DNA of 28,998 bases from Promethearchaeia archaeon (lineage in GTDB: Archaea > Asgardarchaeota > Lokiarchaeia > Sigyniarchaeales > SOKP01). The notes under the pieces were generated by a model. It had not been told where the DNA came from. It searched no databases and saw nothing but the letters and a program-made list of their open reading frames with translations. A program made the position numbers and the translations under genes. The stretch is taken from assembly GCA_029856105.1 (NCBI GenBank), contig JAHQWH010000135.1, forward strand, positions 1-28,998, written 5' to 3'. Below, one piece after another: positions 27,388-28,998 of the stretch; position 1 is the stretch's first letter, and each line of letters starts with the position of its first letter.

Positions 27388-27623
27388 CTTCTTTTTAAAT
27401 TACTTTATTCCTTTATTATATTAATAACAGTTTTTTATATTATAATTGTTTAGCTCTCACTTTAGATTTTCTTATTTTCCAAGAAATTCAACGACAAAAA
27501 AACATCTTTTCTCATAATGGTTGAAAGGTTATTTAAATTCTTAATAACTAATTAATAAAAACATAATATATTTAAAAGAAAAATTGTATATTTTTCATTA
27601 GATTAATTTTTTAAATTTTCAAT

Positions 27624-28541
27624 TTGAAGATGAATGAAATCAATTCCATAGATAATAATATTGATGATTCTGAAGAATCAGTAAGACGAGCTTTTGATTT
27701 TTTATTAAACCACTCAAGAATACCCGAAGCATTCTCAAAAGAAGAATTTAAAAGGTTTGCTAACTATCAAAATCCAAAGAATTTTAATACTTATTTTTCA
27801 AAAAAGTTTAGACATTTATTAGAAAAAGCACCAAATGAAAAAAATAAATATTTAGTAGCTGGTGTATTCAGGAAATACTCTAGATGGCATAAATTTAGAA
27901 GATATTACTCACAAAGTTCTAAGATTAAGGTGAATTATATCGAAGAATACTATGAAAAACTAATGATTTTTGATTTTTTTATACCTTTAACTAATGAAAA
28001 TGATTTGAGATCATCATTAGATGAACTTTTTTACAGTGATACTGTGAAACTTATGTTAAATAAAATTCTTAAAAATGAACTTAATATAGTATTTCCGATA
28101 AAAAAAAAGGAATCTAAAGAACAATATATCGAGAGAATATGTGAGTGGATCTCTAAGAGATTTGGGGGATATTCAATTGGAACTGCTAGAGGTAGATTTA
28201 AAATAGATGATCTAAAGACTTTTGCTGAAGTAGCACTGCAAAAAACAAAAGGTTTTGATTATTTAATTGATGAAACAACTGCGATTGTACATTTTATTTT
28301 TCATGTTGGGCCCCCTATTAAAAATCAGGTTTTATTTAATATTGAGCAATTTCAAGAAGATTTAGATGAACATAATGATCAAAAAGAGATTGAATTAGAA
28401 GCTAATCAAATAAGATTTATTTTTAAGAATTTATTTGTTAGAAATATACTTGATTTAGTCAATGGTGAAGATGAGATTTGGATGCTTGAAAGTGGTATTA
28501 GAAATTGTTTATATATTTGGAAAAATGAAAACTTTCGATAA
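27624..28541 (+). CDS. Hypothetical protein (AT-rich orphan, divergent from dam)
   Basis: 305-aa uninterrupted ORF with no motif confidently recognised. Confidence 0.75.
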   Translation: MKMNEINSIDNNIDDSEESVRRAFDFLLNHSRIPEAFSKEEFKRFANYQNPKNFNTYFSKKFRHLLEKAPNEKNKYLVAGVFRKYSRWHKFRRYYSQSSKIKVNYIEEYYEKLMIFDFFIPLTNENDLRSSLDELFYSDTVKLMLNKILKNELNIVFPIKKKESKEQYIERICEWISKRFGGYSIGTARGRFKIDDLKTFAEVALQKTKGFDYLIDETTAIVHFIFHVGPPIKNQVLFNIEQFQEDLDEHNDQKEIELEANQIRFIFKNLFVRNILDLVNGEDEIWMLESGIRNCLYIWKNENFR

Positions 28542-28721
28542 AATATACTTTTCGATAATCTCATATTAAGTGAAAATTAAATTATTGTATAGAAGATCTT
28601 AAAATAGTTGACAAAATAAAGAAAAAAAAAGATAAAAATTAGTATTAATCGATCTTTTGAGCTCATTTATCTATTAAAACCTCCCCATTAAAACTAATCA
28701 GAAAGTAAATATTTTACTCAG

Positions 28722-28739
28722 AAAAAAAAGAAAAAAAAA
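28722..28739 (-). terminator. Oligo-U archaeal terminator downstream of the histone gene
   Basis: Minus strand T9-C-T8 run about 25 nt after the TAG at 28764-28766. Confidence 0.55.
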
Positions 28740-28763
28740 TAAAGATTTTAATAATTCAGTTCT

Positions 28764-28998
28764 CTACCTTGTAGCCTTACGAATATCCGCAGCAGTTACA
28801 CGTTTGCACAAATTCCCGAATTGGAAAATATTTTGCGCTTGTCCGCTTTGGTTATTTTAATAGCCTCTTTAGTTGCGTCTGCGGCTGTTTTTTCGAGAAA
28901 ACCGATAAGTTTATCTAGAGCATCGGCAGCCACTAAATCAGCGCCTTCTTTTTTCATCAATCGCCGAATTGGTGCTTTAGCAATATAACTATCAGATT
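28764..28998 (-). CDS. Archaeal histone (HMf-like fold), split by a 29-nt intron-like insertion; exon 1 >28998..28833, exon 2 28803..28764; 5' end outside the window
   Basis: Hand translation: SDSYIAKAPIRRLMKKEGADLVAADALDKLIGFLEKTAADATKEAIKITKADKRK then, after removing 29 nt, RVTAADIRKATR*. This matches archaeal histone alpha1-L1-alpha2-L2-alpha3 (APIRR...AKRK..TAADI). Confidence 0.92.
28804..28832 (-). other. Putative 29-nt bulge-helix-bulge/loop (EndA-type) intron in histone mRNA
   Basis: RNA ...AAGCGC-AA|AAUAUUUUCCAAUUCGGGAAUUUGUGC-AA|ACGU.... A central 4-bp helix GCGC/GUGC is followed on each strand by AAA; there is an intron stem AUUUUC/GGGAAU; cutting after the 2nd bulge nucleotide on both strands restores the frame. 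Confidence 0.75.

Noticed and set aside
28577-28666. 29-aa hydrophobic minus-strand ORF (MSSKDRLILIFIFFFLYF...) with an upstream GGAGGT
   Set aside because: The hydrophobicity comes from poly-T low complexity, RBS spacing is long, and there is no independent support.
28803-28836. Histone insertion as a transposon footprint with a 5-bp target-site duplication (GCAAA...GCAAA)
   Set aside because: Not excluded but disfavoured. The duplication is what a symmetric BHB (helix end plus AAA bulge on both strands) would look like, the rule-based cut sites restore the frame exactly, both exons are undecayed, and no transposase is present in the window.
1-28998. tRNA, rRNA, CRISPR arrays, transposases or integrases
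   Set aside because: No GC-rich structured RNA genes, regularly spaced repeat arrays or mobile-element ORFs were seen by eye.

Overview
AT-rich archaeal chromosomal region, most likely from an Asgard archaeon of the Lokiarchaeia/Promethearchaeota type. That assignment is inferred from the archaeal histone, ThiI/THUMP, DUF211- and DUF2299-like genes, the coiled-coil/Zn-ribbon protein, paralogous GPH-MFS transporters and GGTGA ribosome-binding sites. It contains about 26 mostly metabolic or housekeeping genes, a Dam-family methyltransferase next to an orphan ORF, and several gene remnants in apparent intergenic spacers. The main finding is at the right edge. The histone gene (minus strand, missed by the ORF track) is interrupted by a 29-nt insertion at 28804-28832 that folds into a relaxed bulge-helix-bulge motif. 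Cutting it at the canonical archaeal tRNA-splicing-endonuclease positions exactly restores the histone C-terminus (KRK|RVTAADIRKATR*), so it is a candidate BHB-type mRNA micro-intron in a histone gene. Other points: a ThiI homolog with a destroyed PP-loop, an active+pseudo tandem metallophosphoesterase, two membrane LbH proteins resembling split Pls-type terminal domains, a CSD-fused DEGD helicase followed by a remnant of a paralog, and two genes that seem to need non-canonical (ATT/ATA) starts.
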